64,000 bases of DNA from an uncultured Gemmatimonadales bacterium (GCA_963851265.1 CAWKNZ010000001.1:64001-128000), one strand, 5' to 3'. Positions 9,733 through 19,354 are shown, counted from the stretch's first letter. Notes: generated by a model from the sequence alone, not told the origin. Numbers and translations: made by a program.

Positions 9733-12039
9733 ATGCCGCCGTCCGCTGATCGCCCCGTCGGCAACCCCGCGGTCGTGTCTGGTCACTCGGGACTGAGGGT
9801 CTACCGGGCGCTCCCCGCCGCCGCCGGGCTCGCCGCGCTCGCGATCGGCACGCTGGTGCTCGTCGGCTGGACCACCAGGCTGGTCGTCCTCACCCGCGGG
9901 CTTTGGGCGACCACCGCCACGATGCCCGACACCGCGGTCGCCATCGTGCTGCTCGGCGTGTCGCTCTGGCTCCTCCGCCCGCGCGACGGCCGCGCACCGG
10001 CCGCCGGCACGCCCGCCGTCGGCATCGGACGCCTGTGCGCCGCCACGGCCTGCGTGCTCGCGCTGCTCATGGGTTTCGAGTGGGTCTCCGGGCGCGACCT
10101 CGGCATCGATCGCCTGCTGTTCTCGAGCGCGTTGACCGACGCCGTGCGGAACGGCGTCAGCGCGACGCCCGGGCGCATGGCGGGCAACACCACGCTCGCC
10201 GTGTTCCTGCTCGGCGCCGCCCTCCTCCTGCTCGACGCGCCCGCCCTCGAGGGCCGCGGTGCGGGCGCGCGCCTCGGACGCATCGCGCGGTGGGCGTGCA
10301 ACGGACTCGGCATCCTGCTGCCGTACTTCGCGGTCGTCGGGTACCTGTTCGGAGTGCGGCGGCTGTACAACCCGTCCGGGTTGCTCGCCGGTATGGCCCT
10401 CACCACCGCGTGCGCACTCACCTGCGTGGCCGTCGGGACCTCGCTCGCGCGCCCCGCCCGGGGCGTCGCGCGGCTGCTCACCGGCGAGGACGCGGGCGCC
10501 CACCTGCTGCGGCGTTCGCTACCGGTGACCGCGTTCGTGCCGGTGCTGCTCGGCTGGCTGCGCATCCGTGGCGAGGAACTCGGCTTCTTCACACCGCGCG
10601 TGGGCGTGGCGGCTATCGTCCTCGCGTTCACGGTCGTGATGGTCACGACCCTCACCCGGGCGGGCGCCGCCGCGTACAAGCTCGCCGCCGACCGCGCCCG
10701 CATCCTCGGCGAACGCGAGGCGGCGCGCGAAGCCGCACGCGAGGCGCTGGAGCGCGGCGAGGCCGAGTTCCGGGAACTGGCCGACAACCTTCCGCAGCTC
10801 GCGTGGATGGCCGACGCCACCGGCTCGATCTTCTGGTACAACCGGCGCTGGTACGACTACACCGGAAGCACGCCTGACCAGATGCTCGGCTCGGGCTGGC
10901 GTGTGGTCCAGCACCCCGACCACCTCCAACGCGTCGAGAACGGCTACCGGACCGCCGTCGCGCGGGGCACGCCGTGGGAAGACACCTTCCCGCTGCGCTC
11001 GGCCGACGGCGAGTGGCGCTGGTTCCTCTCGCGCGCCAACCCGATGCAGGCGTCGAGCGGAGGGACGGTTCGCTGGTTCGGTACCAACACCGACGTCACC
11101 GCGCAACGCGCCCTCGAGGCCGAGCGCGAGCGCCTGCTCGCCGCCGAACGCCTCGCGCGCGCCGACGCGGAGCGCGCGAGCGCGGAAGCCGCTGCGGCGA
11201 GTCGCGCCAAGAGCCAGTTCCTGGCGACGATGAGCCACGAATTGCGCACCCCGCTCAACGCGATCTCGGGTCACGTGCAACTCGTCGAACTCGGCCTGCA
11301 CGGGCCCGTCACCCCCGAGCAGCGTGACGCGCTCAACCGCGCCCAGCGCGCCCAGCGCCACCTGCTCGGCCTCATCAACGACGTGCTCAACCTCGCGAAG
11401 ATCGAGGCCGGGCGCGCCGACTACCGCATGGACGAGGTCGTCGTCGCCGAGCTCGCCGCAGACGTCACGTCGCTCGTCGCCCCGCAGCTCGCGGCCAAGG
11501 GCGTCACCTTCGCCGTCGACGTGCCCGACGAGCACGCGGCCGTCGCGTGGGCCGACCGCGAGAAGACATCACAGGTGCTGCTCAACCTGTTGAGCAACGC
11601 GATCAAGTTCACCGACGCCGGCGGACACGTCACCCTCGAGGCGCGCGCCGAGGACGGCGGCGCCGGACCCGTCGTGGTCTTCCGCGTGCGCGACACCGGG
11701 CGCGGAATTCCGTTCGAAGACCGCGACCGCATCTTCGAGCCGTTCGTGCAGCTCGACGCCGGGTACGCGCGGCAGCAGGAGGGTACGGGACTCGGGCTCG
11801 CGATCAGTCGCGACCTCGCGCGCGGCATGGGCGGCGACCTCACGCTCGTGACGAGCAGTGAGGACCACGGGTCGGTGTTCGCGCTTACGCTCCCCCGCGT
11901 GCTGCCGTCTGGCCCCGACGCCGACCGCCGAACCGGCGAGGAGCGACGCGACGGTCAACGCCGCGAAACCGCCGACCGGCGCACCGGCGAGGAGCGGCGC
12001 GACGAGCTGCTGGACCCGAACATCACGTTCGACAACTGA
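9733..12039 (+). CDS. Membrane-bound PAS sensor histidine kinase with an Arg-rich C-terminal repeat tail
   Basis: About 7 TM; PAS (YNRRWYDYTG..HPD); H-box FLATMSHELRTPLN; NLLSNAIKFT, DTGRGI, GTGLGL. Confidence 0.93.
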   Translation: MPPSADRPVGNPAVVSGHSGLRVYRALPAAAGLAALAIGTLVLVGWTTRLVVLTRGLWATTATMPDTAVAIVLLGVSLWLLRPRDGRAPAAGTPAVGIGRLCAATACVLALLMGFEWVSGRDLGIDRLLFSSALTDAVRNGVSATPGRMAGNTTLAVFLLGAALLLLDAPALEGRGAGARLGRIARWACNGLGILLPYFAVVGYLFGVRRLYNPSGLLAGMALTTACALTCVAVGTSLARPARGVARLLTGEDAGAHLLRRSLPVTAFVPVLLGWLRIRGEELGFFTPRVGVAAIVLAFTVVMVTTLTRAGAAAYKLAADRARILGEREAAREAAREALERGEAEFRELADNLPQLAWMADATGSIFWYNRRWYDYTGSTPDQMLGSGWRVVQHPDHLQRVENGYRTAVARGTPWEDTFPLRSADGEWRWFLSRANPMQASSGGTVRWFGTNTDVTAQRALEAERERLLAAERLARADAERASAEAAAASRAKSQFLATMSHELRTPLNAISGHVQLVELGLHGPVTPEQRDALNRAQRAQRHLLGLINDVLNLAKIEAGRADYRMDEVVVAELAADVTSLVAPQLAAKGVTFAVDVPDEHAAVAWADREKTSQVLLNLLSNAIKFTDAGGHVTLEARAEDGGAGPVVVFRVRDTGRGIPFEDRDRIFEPFVQLDAGYARQQEGTGLGLAISRDLARGMGGDLTLVTSSEDHGSVFALTLPRVLPSGPDADRRTGEERRDGQRRETADRRTGEERRDELLDPNITFDN

Positions 12040-12042
12040 CCC

Positions 12043-12537
12043 GTGGCCGAAACCACACTCGACCTGCGACACCTCCCCAAGCACGACGCCTACGCCCAGC
12101 TCGACGCGCATGTGCGCGCGGTGCTCGCCGGCGTCGACGACCCTATTGCCGGGATGGCGACCGTGAGCTGCCTCGTGCACCACGCCTTCGGCCACCTGTG
12201 GACCGGGTTCTACCGCGTCGTCGACCCCGGCCGGCTGCTGCGTGTGGGCCCGTACCAGGGCACGCTCGGCTGCCTCGACATCGCGTTCGGCCGCGGCGTG
12301 TGCGGCACCGCGGCGGCCGACGGGCGGACGGTGGTGGTCGAGGACGTCGAAGCGTTTCCGGGCCACATCGCATGCGACGCGCGGTCGCGCAGCGAGATCG
12401 TGGTGCCGGTGTGGGACCGCGACGGCGCGCTCCTGGCCGTGCTGGACGTGGACAGTGAGCGCGTGGGCGCGTTCGACGCCGACGACGCCGCGGGGCTGGC
12501 GCGGATCGTCGCACGCTTCGCCGAACCGCCGGCGTAA
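12043..12537 (+). CDS. msrC: GAF-domain free methionine-R-sulfoxide reductase-like protein
   Basis: WTGFY, GPYQG, C..I.FGRGVCGTAA, FPGHIACD, SEIVVP, LDVDS. Confidence 0.85.
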   Translation: MAETTLDLRHLPKHDAYAQLDAHVRAVLAGVDDPIAGMATVSCLVHHAFGHLWTGFYRVVDPGRLLRVGPYQGTLGCLDIAFGRGVCGTAAADGRTVVVEDVEAFPGHIACDARSRSEIVVPVWDRDGALLAVLDVDSERVGAFDADDAAGLARIVARFAEPPA

Positions 12538-12610
12538 CGGACCGCCTCGCACCGCCCCGCCGCACGACCGGCCCCACGCTCCGGCCCGCCCGGTATTACA
12601 ATCCCCCCCG

Positions 12611-13234
12611 ATGGCCGTCCCCGGATACTCCGACCGCGTCAACCACGCGCTCGCCTTCGCCGCGAAGCACCACGACCGCGAGGTGCGCAAGGGCACGCGG
12701 GCGCCCTACTTCACCGCGCCGGCCAACGTGGCCGTGATCCTCACGCGCTACGATTGCGACGAGGACACCGTCGTGGCCGGGGTGCTGCGCCACGCGGTCG
12801 AGGACATGCTGCGCGACGGGGCGAGCGAGGACGGCGTGCACGAGCGCCTGGCCGACAAGTTCGGCCCCGACGCGGTGGAGGCGGTGCTGCACGTGGCCCG
12901 CCGCCGCTTCGACGACGACGGCGTCGAGCTGTCGCACGAGGAGCAGAAGCACGACACGCTCGACCGCCTCGCCAGCGCGTCGGACGCGGCGCGGTGGGCC
13001 TTCGCCGCACACGAGGTGCACGACGCGGCCACCCTCCTCGCCGACCTGCGGCGCACGAGCTTTCCCGACTCGGTATGGCAGCGCGTCGCCGAAGGGCCGG
13101 TCGGGCGAGTCCGCTGGTACCACGACGCCGCGGCACGCCTCGCCGCCGTCGGATTCCACGCCGGCATCATCGACGAGTTGCGCGGCGCCGCCGCAGCCCT
13201 CGACGGCAGCGCGCCCGCGTCGATGGCCCGATAG
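12611..13234 (+). CDS. Mesh1/SpoT-like HD-domain protein with degenerate metal ligands
   Basis: ALAFAAKHH..RKG...PY pattern; LRHAVED in place of LHDVVED; TACAAT 8 nt before the ATG. Confidence 0.75.
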   Translation: MAVPGYSDRVNHALAFAAKHHDREVRKGTRAPYFTAPANVAVILTRYDCDEDTVVAGVLRHAVEDMLRDGASEDGVHERLADKFGPDAVEAVLHVARRRFDDDGVELSHEEQKHDTLDRLASASDAARWAFAAHEVHDAATLLADLRRTSFPDSVWQRVAEGPVGRVRWYHDAAARLAAVGFHAGIIDELRGAAAALDGSAPASMAR

Positions 13235-13260
13235 CCGGGTCGACGCACGAAACACGAGAG

Positions 13261-13288
13261 GCGGGGGGCCCGGTGACGGGCCCCCCGT
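13261..13288 (+). terminator. GC-rich hairpin after the HD gene
   Basis: cggggggcccg-GTGA-cgggccccccg, 11-bp stem with GNRA loop; no clear U-tract. Confidence 0.6.
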
Positions 13289-13317
13289 CGTGCGTCCGGG
13301 CTGGCAATCTCGACCAT

Positions 13318-13345
13318 TCAAGTCTGACTGCGGTCGTGCCGATAA
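13318..13345 (+). promoter_or_regulatory. sigma28 (FliA/WhiG/SigD)-like promoter, copy 1
   Basis: TCAAGT-N14-GCCGATAA; same boxes and spacing recur at 19257. Confidence 0.7.
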
Positions 13346-13415
13346 CGGAGCCCGAGGCGCTCGCCACCTCCGGCTCCGCACCTCGCTCCACTCCGCTTTC
13401 ACAGCAAAGACGCAT

Positions 13416-13532
13416 ATGTCGCCACGTCGCAACAGCAGCCCCCGGCTGCCGCGCGCGCGCCACATCGCCCGCGTCGGCCCGGCGCTCGGCCCCGCCGCCC
13501 GCGCCGGCACCCCCGCACCCCGGATCGGCTGA
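13416..13532 (+). CDS. 38-aa leader ORF, copy 1 (MSPRRNSSPRLPRARHIARVGPALGPAARAGTPAPRIG)
   Basis: Stop overlaps the next start (TGATG); first 20 codons nearly identical to the copy at 19355; same length. Confidence 0.55.
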   Translation: MSPRRNSSPRLPRARHIARVGPALGPAARAGTPAPRIG

Positions 13533-14221
13533 TGCCCCTCGCCTTAACCTCGTTCCGCCGCGGCCTGCGCGCCGCCACGCCCGCGATCGCCCTCGGCACC
13601 GCAGCCCTCACCGCGGCGCTCGCGGCCTGCTCCGACAGCAACAGCCCGACTGGCCCGGTCGTCGCGAGCGCCCGCACGCCGCAGCCCGTTGGGCCCGCGT
13701 ATGCGACCGCGAGCACGGCGGCCTCCCAGGTGCTCAGCCAGACCCAGAGCGGCGACACCACGGTCACGACCCTGCAGCTCGGCACGAGCACCGGCCAGCT
13801 GGTCGCGCAGATCGGGAACGCGAGCAAGATCGTCTTCCCGTACGCCGCCGCTTCGGTGTGTGACCCGGCGAGCTCGAGCTATGGCATCGGCACGTGGAAC
13901 AGCCCGTGTACCGCCGCCACGACCCCGATCCAGATCACGGCTAAGACGTGGGTCGACCCGGAGACCGGCAAGACCCGGAGCAGCTTCTCGCCGGCGCTCC
14001 GCTTCGTGCCCGGGCTCAAGAGCAGCGGTCACGCTCTACCTCCACGACCCGAACCAGCGTCGCGAGGCGACGCGATCTGGTACTGTCCCGACGGCGCGCT
14101 CACGTTGCGTGGACGAGGCGAGCGCGGACCCGAGCGTGGCCACCCAGTACGGCAGCAGTAGCCAGCGGGTCTACGCGCGGCCATCAAGCACTTCTCCGGC
14201 TACACCGTCGTCGTCAACTGA
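13532..14221 (+). pseudogene. HFS-motif lipoprotein paralog 1, 3' part broken by about 4 frameshifts (pseudogene or assembly error)
   Basis: Lipobox LAAC. Segments homologous to the 20089 paralog alternate between two frames: RFVPGLKS / AVTLYLHDP / IWYCPDG / CVDEASADPSV / IKHFSGYTVVVN-stop at 14221. Confidence 0.75.
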
Positions 14222-14225
14222 CGGC

Positions 14226-14293
14226 GCGCGGACGGACGCGATCGGGGGCAGTCGGGCAGATGCCCGACTGCCCCCGATCGCGTCCGTCCGCGC
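14226..14293. terminator. Perfect inverted repeat with 33-bp arms and a 2-nt spacer
   Basis: 14226-14258 is the exact reverse complement of 14261-14293. Confidence 0.8.
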
Positions 14294-14419
14294 CGCACGA
14301 AGCCCGTCTCGCCCCGCGGTGCCGGGCGATGTCACGCCCGGCCGACATACCCGTCCTATCGACGGCCACCGAGTGGCCTCTCGATTCGCACGCCCGTTCC
14401 CGCCGTCCCTGGTCCGCGC

Positions 14420-17400
14420 ATGTCCGCGCTCGCGCATCCCGCGCCCCGCCCCGCACACCTCCGCCTCGTGCCGGCTCACGCCGACGCGCTGCAGACGCGC
14501 GTCGCCGAACTGGTAGCGAGGGGGCAGGAGGCCGAGCGGCAGGGGCATCGGGCCGCCGCCCGCGCGAGCTTCGAACAGGCGCTGCACGCGCTCGACGACG
14601 CGGCGACGGCGCGCGAGCACGCGTCGGCCATCGTGCGCATGATCGCGCGCACCTGCCAGATGGATTCCGAGCCGGACGCCGCGCTCGACTGCCTCGAACT
14701 CGCGCTGGCGATCGCCGAAGCCTGGGCCGACGGAACGGGCATCGGCCACGCCATCAACGGGCAGGCGATCGTGAACTGGCAGACGGGGCGCCTCGATGAG
14801 GCGGAGCGCCTGTACCTGCTCGCGCGCACGCGCGCCCTGCAGAGCGGCGACGCGAAGCTCGCGGCGATGACCGCACAGAACCTCGGCGTCCTCGCGAACG
14901 CGCGCGGCGACTACGAGGTCGCCCAGCGCCACTACGAGCGGAGCCTCGCCGAGTACCGCGTGCTCGGCCTCACGCACGACGTGGCCGTCGCGCTCAACAA
15001 CCTGGGACGGCTGCACACCGCGCGCGGGCAGTGGAAGGCGGCGGAGCAGGTGCTCGTCGAGGCCGCCGAGATCTGCGACCTCGCGGGCGACGTTGCCACA
15101 CGCATCGCGGTCGACGCGAACGTGGCGGAGATGTGGGTCGCGCAGGGCGCGTTCGACCGCGCGCAGGCCGCGGTCACCCGCGCGATCGAAGGTGCGACGA
15201 ACGTCGGGGACACGTCGGTCCTGGGGCAGGCGGACAAACTGCTCGGGATCATCGCGCGCGAGGCGGGCGAGTTCGTGACCGCCGAACGGTATTTCGTACA
15301 TGCCGACGAGGTGGCGAGGGCGCGCCAGGACGTGCTGCTCCAGGCGGAGATCGCCCGCGAGCGCGGGGACCTGGCGCAGCGCGTCGGGAAGAACCGCGAC
15401 GTGCTGCAGCACCTCAATCGCTCGCACCGGCTGTTCACCGAGTTGCGCGCGGGCGCCGACGTGGCCGACATCGACCGGCGGCTCGGCGGGCTCGAGGCGC
15501 AGTTCCTCGAGGTCGCGCGCCGGTGGGGCGAGTCGATCGAGTCGAAGGACTGCTACACCCAGGGGCACTGCCAGCGCGTGGCCGACCTCGCGTGCCTCCT
15601 CGCCGAGCACGCGGGGGCCGACCACGGCTTCGACGCGCAGGCCATGTTCTGGTTCCGGATCGGGGCGCTGCTGCACGACGTCGGCAAGCTGATGATTCCG
15701 CCCGAGGTGCTCAACAAGCCGGGCAAGCTGACCGACGAAGAGTGGATCCTGATGCGGAGCCACACGACCGCGGGGGTGGCGATCCTCGCCGACATCGAAT
15801 TCCCCTGGGACGTCCGCCCGATCATCGAGTCGCACCACGAGCGGTGGGACGGGCGCGGATACCCGAACCGCCTCGTCGGCGAGGCCATCCCGCTCACCGC
15901 GCGCATTCTGTGCGTGGCCGACGTCTACGACGCGCTCACCTCGGTCCGGTCGTACAAGCGCGCCCTGACGCACGACGAGGCCGTGGGCATCATGCGCCGC
16001 GACGTCGGGACCATGTTCGACCCGCAGGTGTTTGCCTGGTTCGAGGAGATCGCCGCCGAGTGGGCGGGGCGCGTCGCCGCACCCGACGCGTCGCCGCCTG
16101 CCGCCGCCGCACCGGCGGTCGCGCCGCCCGCAGCGCCGGCGTCCGAAACCGGGACGTCGTCGGTGAGCGAGTCGGAAGCCCCCGCGCGCGCCGACGTGCC
16201 CGACGACCTCACCGGGCTGCCGCTCCGGCGAGCGTTCCGCGATACCGCCGAACGCATCCTCGCCGCGCGGCGGACCACCGGCCGGCCGGTGTCGCTGCTC
16301 GTCATCGACGTCGACCACTTCAAGCTCGTCAACGACACCTTCGGGCACCTGCAGGGCGACGACATCCTGCGGGCCGTGGCCGACCAGATCCGAGCCAGCA
16401 CCCGCCCGGTCGACTACCCGGCACGGTACGCGGGCGACGAGTTCGTGGTGCTCCTGCCCGGGACACGGCTCGACGAGGCACGGGCCGTGGCCGAGCGGAT
16501 CCGGTCGGCGGTCGCGCGTGCGACCTGTCCGCGGCGCGACGGACCGGGCGTGGTCTCGGTGACGCTGTCGATCGGTGTCGCGACCCTCCCGCAGCACGGC
16601 GAGACCCTCGAAGCCCTGTTCGCGGCGTCCGATGCGGCGCTCTACGACGCCAAGCGCGCCGGCCGGAATGCCGTGAGCGCGGGGTCGGCCGACGCCGACC
16701 GGCGCCGTGACCTGATGCTTGAGTGCTTCGTGGGGCGTGTGGCCGAGCGTGCCCACCTGCGCGAGCGCCTCGACGCGGCCGCCCAGGGCCGCCCGCACGT
16801 GGTCGCCGTGTGCGGCGAGGCGGGCGTCGGCAAGTCGACGCTGGTCAAGCAGCTCGCACCCGACGTCGGCATTCGCTCCGGCTCGCTCATCACCGGGCGG
16901 TGCGTCGACACCGACCTGCGCGCGCCGTACGCGCCCTGGGTGGACGCGGTGCTCGGCGTGCTCCGTGCCGGCATCGCCCCCCGGCATGCGTGGCGCGAGC
17001 TGACGCGCCTCGTCCCCGAGCTGGTCGGCGGTGCGGACGCGTCCCGTCGCGAGACGGGTTCGCCGCACGCGCTGCTCGAGGAACTCGACCTCTTCTTCCG
17101 CCTCGCGTCGGAGATCCGACCCATAGTCGTCGTGCTCGACGACATGCAGTGGGCGGACACTGCCAGCTGGAGCGCGCTCGAGTACCTCGTCGGCCGGTTC
17201 GACACGCAGCGGCTGCTGATCTGCCTCACCATCCGCGCCGAGGACCTCGACGATGCGGGCGACGCACGCCGCCGCCGGCTCTCGCGCGCCGACGTCTATA
17301 CCGAGATCTCGCTCCCCCGGCTCACCGAGGCGGACCTCGCGCTGTGGCTGCGGACGGCCCTCGGAGGCCAGGAGCCCGAGCCTGCGCTCCTCGCCTACCT

Positions 17401-19240
17401 CGTCGCGCAGAGCGAGGGGAACTCGTTCTTCGCGCTGCAGACGCTCCGCGCGCTCGCCGACGACGAGCGCCTGACGTTCGTCGACGGGCGCTGGACGTTC
17501 GATGCCGCGGCCGACGGCTCCATGCCGCGCGCGATCCACGATCTGCTCGCGCGCCGGGTCGCTCGGCTCGACCGACCCTGCCGCGACGCCCTCGCGGTCG
17601 CGGCCGTCCTCGGACGCGAGTTCGACCCGGAGACCCTGGTCGCGGCGTGCGAGGGGAACGAGGCCGGGGTACTCGACGCCCTCGATGCCGGGATGGAGGC
17701 CGCGGTGCTGGTCCCGTCCGAGATCTCGCCGACGGCCGTCGCGTTCGCGCACACGCTCCTCACGCGCGTGCTGCAGGACGGGATCAACCCGCTGCGCCTG
17801 CGTCGCATTCACGAGCGCGTGGGGCGTGCGCTGGAGTCGCGCGGCGGGCACGCGCCGGCCCAGGTCGCGCTGCACTTCGACCGCGCGGGGTGTGCCGAGG
17901 ACGCCTACCGGACGGCCATGAACGCCGGCGCGCGCGCGGCCGACCTGTACGCGTACGAGACGGCGGCGGACCTCTTCGAGATGGCACTCCGGCACGCGCG
18001 CACGCTGCGCGAGACGGCCGACGTCGAGTGGCGCACCGCGCAGATCGCCGAGATCCGCGGCCGCTACGCCGACGCGGAACGTGCGTGCGACGCCGTCCTC
18101 ACCACGTTCGCCAGCGGGGCGGCGGAGATCGGGATCCTGCGTGCGGCGCGCCGCATGCGCGAGCGACTCCGCCTTCAGCGAGGGGCGTCGGCGAGCCAGG
18201 TCGCCGAGACGTGTACCGAACTGCTCGCCGAGGCGCGCGCGGCCGGTGCCGACGAGGAGATCGTCCCGCTCCTGATCATGATCTCGACGGCGCACGGGCG
18301 GCGCGGCGACGGGTCCGAAGCGGCGCGAATCGCCCGCGACGCGAACGACGAGGCCGAGCGGCTCCGCAGCCTCCCGCTCCAGGCGGACGCCGCGATGCGG
18401 CTCGGGTCGACGGTCCTCGAGATCAGTCCCGCCGACGCCGTCCCGCACTACCGGCGGGCGCTCGACATCTTCACGCGCCTCGACAACCGGTACGGGCAGC
18501 TGCGCGCACAGATCAACATCGGCGTGGCCTGCGACCGGGCGGGGAACAGCCCGGGGGCGGAGGTCTCGTACGCGACCGCGCTGTCGATCGGGCGCGACAT
18601 CCGCGCGACGGACCTCACCGGCATCGCGTCGCTCAACCTCGGCGTGCTCCTGCTCAAGACTGGCCGGTTCGACGGCGCACGGGAGCGCTTCGAGGAGGCG
18701 CGACAGCTCTTCGTGACGATCGCGAACGAGCCGTACCGACTGGCCGCGCTGTACAACCTCGCGAACGTCGCCCGCGAGTGCGGCGACGCGGCCGGCGCGC
18801 TCGAGCTGTACGGCGCGGCCATCTCGCTCGCCGAGTCGTTGGGTCACGCCGACGTGCACGCCGGCGCCCTCGCCGGCGCCGGATTGGCCGAACTCGACCT
18901 CGGCGCGATGCGCGGCGCGCGCGTGCACCACGACGCCGTGCGCGCGCTCGTCGACGGGCGGACGGACGCGTGGTTCGAGGGGCGCGAGCTGTGCGAGGCG
19001 CTCGACGTCCGGCTCGCCGCGCAGGATGGGTCGGAGTCCGAGGCGGTCGCCCGACTGCTCGACGCGCTCGACCGCGCGGAGCTGCACAACCAGTACGCCG
19101 CCATCTGGCTCGGGGCCGAGTGCGCGGCCGTGCTCCGGAGCGCGGGACGCGTGGCCGAAGTCACGCTGCACCGGTTCCTCGTGCACGCGCGCGCCCTCGG
19201 CTACGACCCGCTCGTCACGCGACTGCGCGCGGACGGTTAG
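14420..19240 (+). CDS. 1606-aa TPR / HD-GYP / GGDEF / STAND-type AAA ATPase / TPR signalling protein
   Basis: TPR repeats (ALNNLG); HD-GYP YTQGHCQRV, LHDVGK, HHERWDGRGYP, VADVYDAL; IDVDHFKLVNDTFGH..RPVD..RYAGDEF; Walker A GEAGVGKST, Walker B VVLDDMQWAD; C-terminal TPRs. Confidence 0.93.
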   Translation: MSALAHPAPRPAHLRLVPAHADALQTRVAELVARGQEAERQGHRAAARASFEQALHALDDAATAREHASAIVRMIARTCQMDSEPDAALDCLELALAIAEAWADGTGIGHAINGQAIVNWQTGRLDEAERLYLLARTRALQSGDAKLAAMTAQNLGVLANARGDYEVAQRHYERSLAEYRVLGLTHDVAVALNNLGRLHTARGQWKAAEQVLVEAAEICDLAGDVATRIAVDANVAEMWVAQGAFDRAQAAVTRAIEGATNVGDTSVLGQADKLLGIIAREAGEFVTAERYFVHADEVARARQDVLLQAEIARERGDLAQRVGKNRDVLQHLNRSHRLFTELRAGADVADIDRRLGGLEAQFLEVARRWGESIESKDCYTQGHCQRVADLACLLAEHAGADHGFDAQAMFWFRIGALLHDVGKLMIPPEVLNKPGKLTDEEWILMRSHTTAGVAILADIEFPWDVRPIIESHHERWDGRGYPNRLVGEAIPLTARILCVADVYDALTSVRSYKRALTHDEAVGIMRRDVGTMFDPQVFAWFEEIAAEWAGRVAAPDASPPAAAAPAVAPPAAPASETGTSSVSESEAPARADVPDDLTGLPLRRAFRDTAERILAARRTTGRPVSLLVIDVDHFKLVNDTFGHLQGDDILRAVADQIRASTRPVDYPARYAGDEFVVLLPGTRLDEARAVAERIRSAVARATCPRRDGPGVVSVTLSIGVATLPQHGETLEALFAASDAALYDAKRAGRNAVSAGSADADRRRDLMLECFVGRVAERAHLRERLDAAAQGRPHVVAVCGEAGVGKSTLVKQLAPDVGIRSGSLITGRCVDTDLRAPYAPWVDAVLGVLRAGIAPRHAWRELTRLVPELVGGADASRRETGSPHALLEELDLFFRLASEIRPIVVVLDDMQWADTASWSALEYLVGRFDTQRLLICLTIRAEDLDDAGDARRRRLSRADVYTEISLPRLTEADLALWLRTALGGQEPEPALLAYLVAQSEGNSFFALQTLRALADDERLTFVDGRWTFDAAADGSMPRAIHDLLARRVARLDRPCRDALAVAAVLGREFDPETLVAACEGNEAGVLDALDAGMEAAVLVPSEISPTAVAFAHTLLTRVLQDGINPLRLRRIHERVGRALESRGGHAPAQVALHFDRAGCAEDAYRTAMNAGARAADLYAYETAADLFEMALRHARTLRETADVEWRTAQIAEIRGRYADAERACDAVLTTFASGAAEIGILRAARRMRERLRLQRGASASQVAETCTELLAEARAAGADEEIVPLLIMISTAHGRRGDGSEAARIARDANDEAERLRSLPLQADAAMRLGSTVLEISPADAVPHYRRALDIFTRLDNRYGQLRAQINIGVACDRAGNSPGAEVSYATALSIGRDIRATDLTGIASLNLGVLLLKTGRFDGARERFEEARQLFVTIANEPYRLAALYNLANVARECGDAAGALELYGAAISLAESLGHADVHAGALAGAGLAELDLGAMRGARVHHDAVRALVDGRTDAWFEGRELCEALDVRLAAQDGSESEAVARLLDALDRAELHNQYAAIWLGAECAAVLRSAGRVAEVTLHRFLVHARALGYDPLVTRLRADG

Positions 19241-19256
19241 GCGGTCAGGCGCGCGC

Positions 19257-19283
19257 TCAAGTCGCGCCGGGCTGTTGCCGATA
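19257..19283 (+). promoter_or_regulatory. sigma28-like promoter, copy 2
   Basis: TCAAGT-N14-GCCGATA, same spacing as copy 1. Confidence 0.7.
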
Positions 19284-19354
19284 CTCCGGCCCGAGGGCGT
19301 CGCCACCTCCGGCGCCGCGCCTCGACCCACCCCGCTTCCACAGCAACGACGCAT

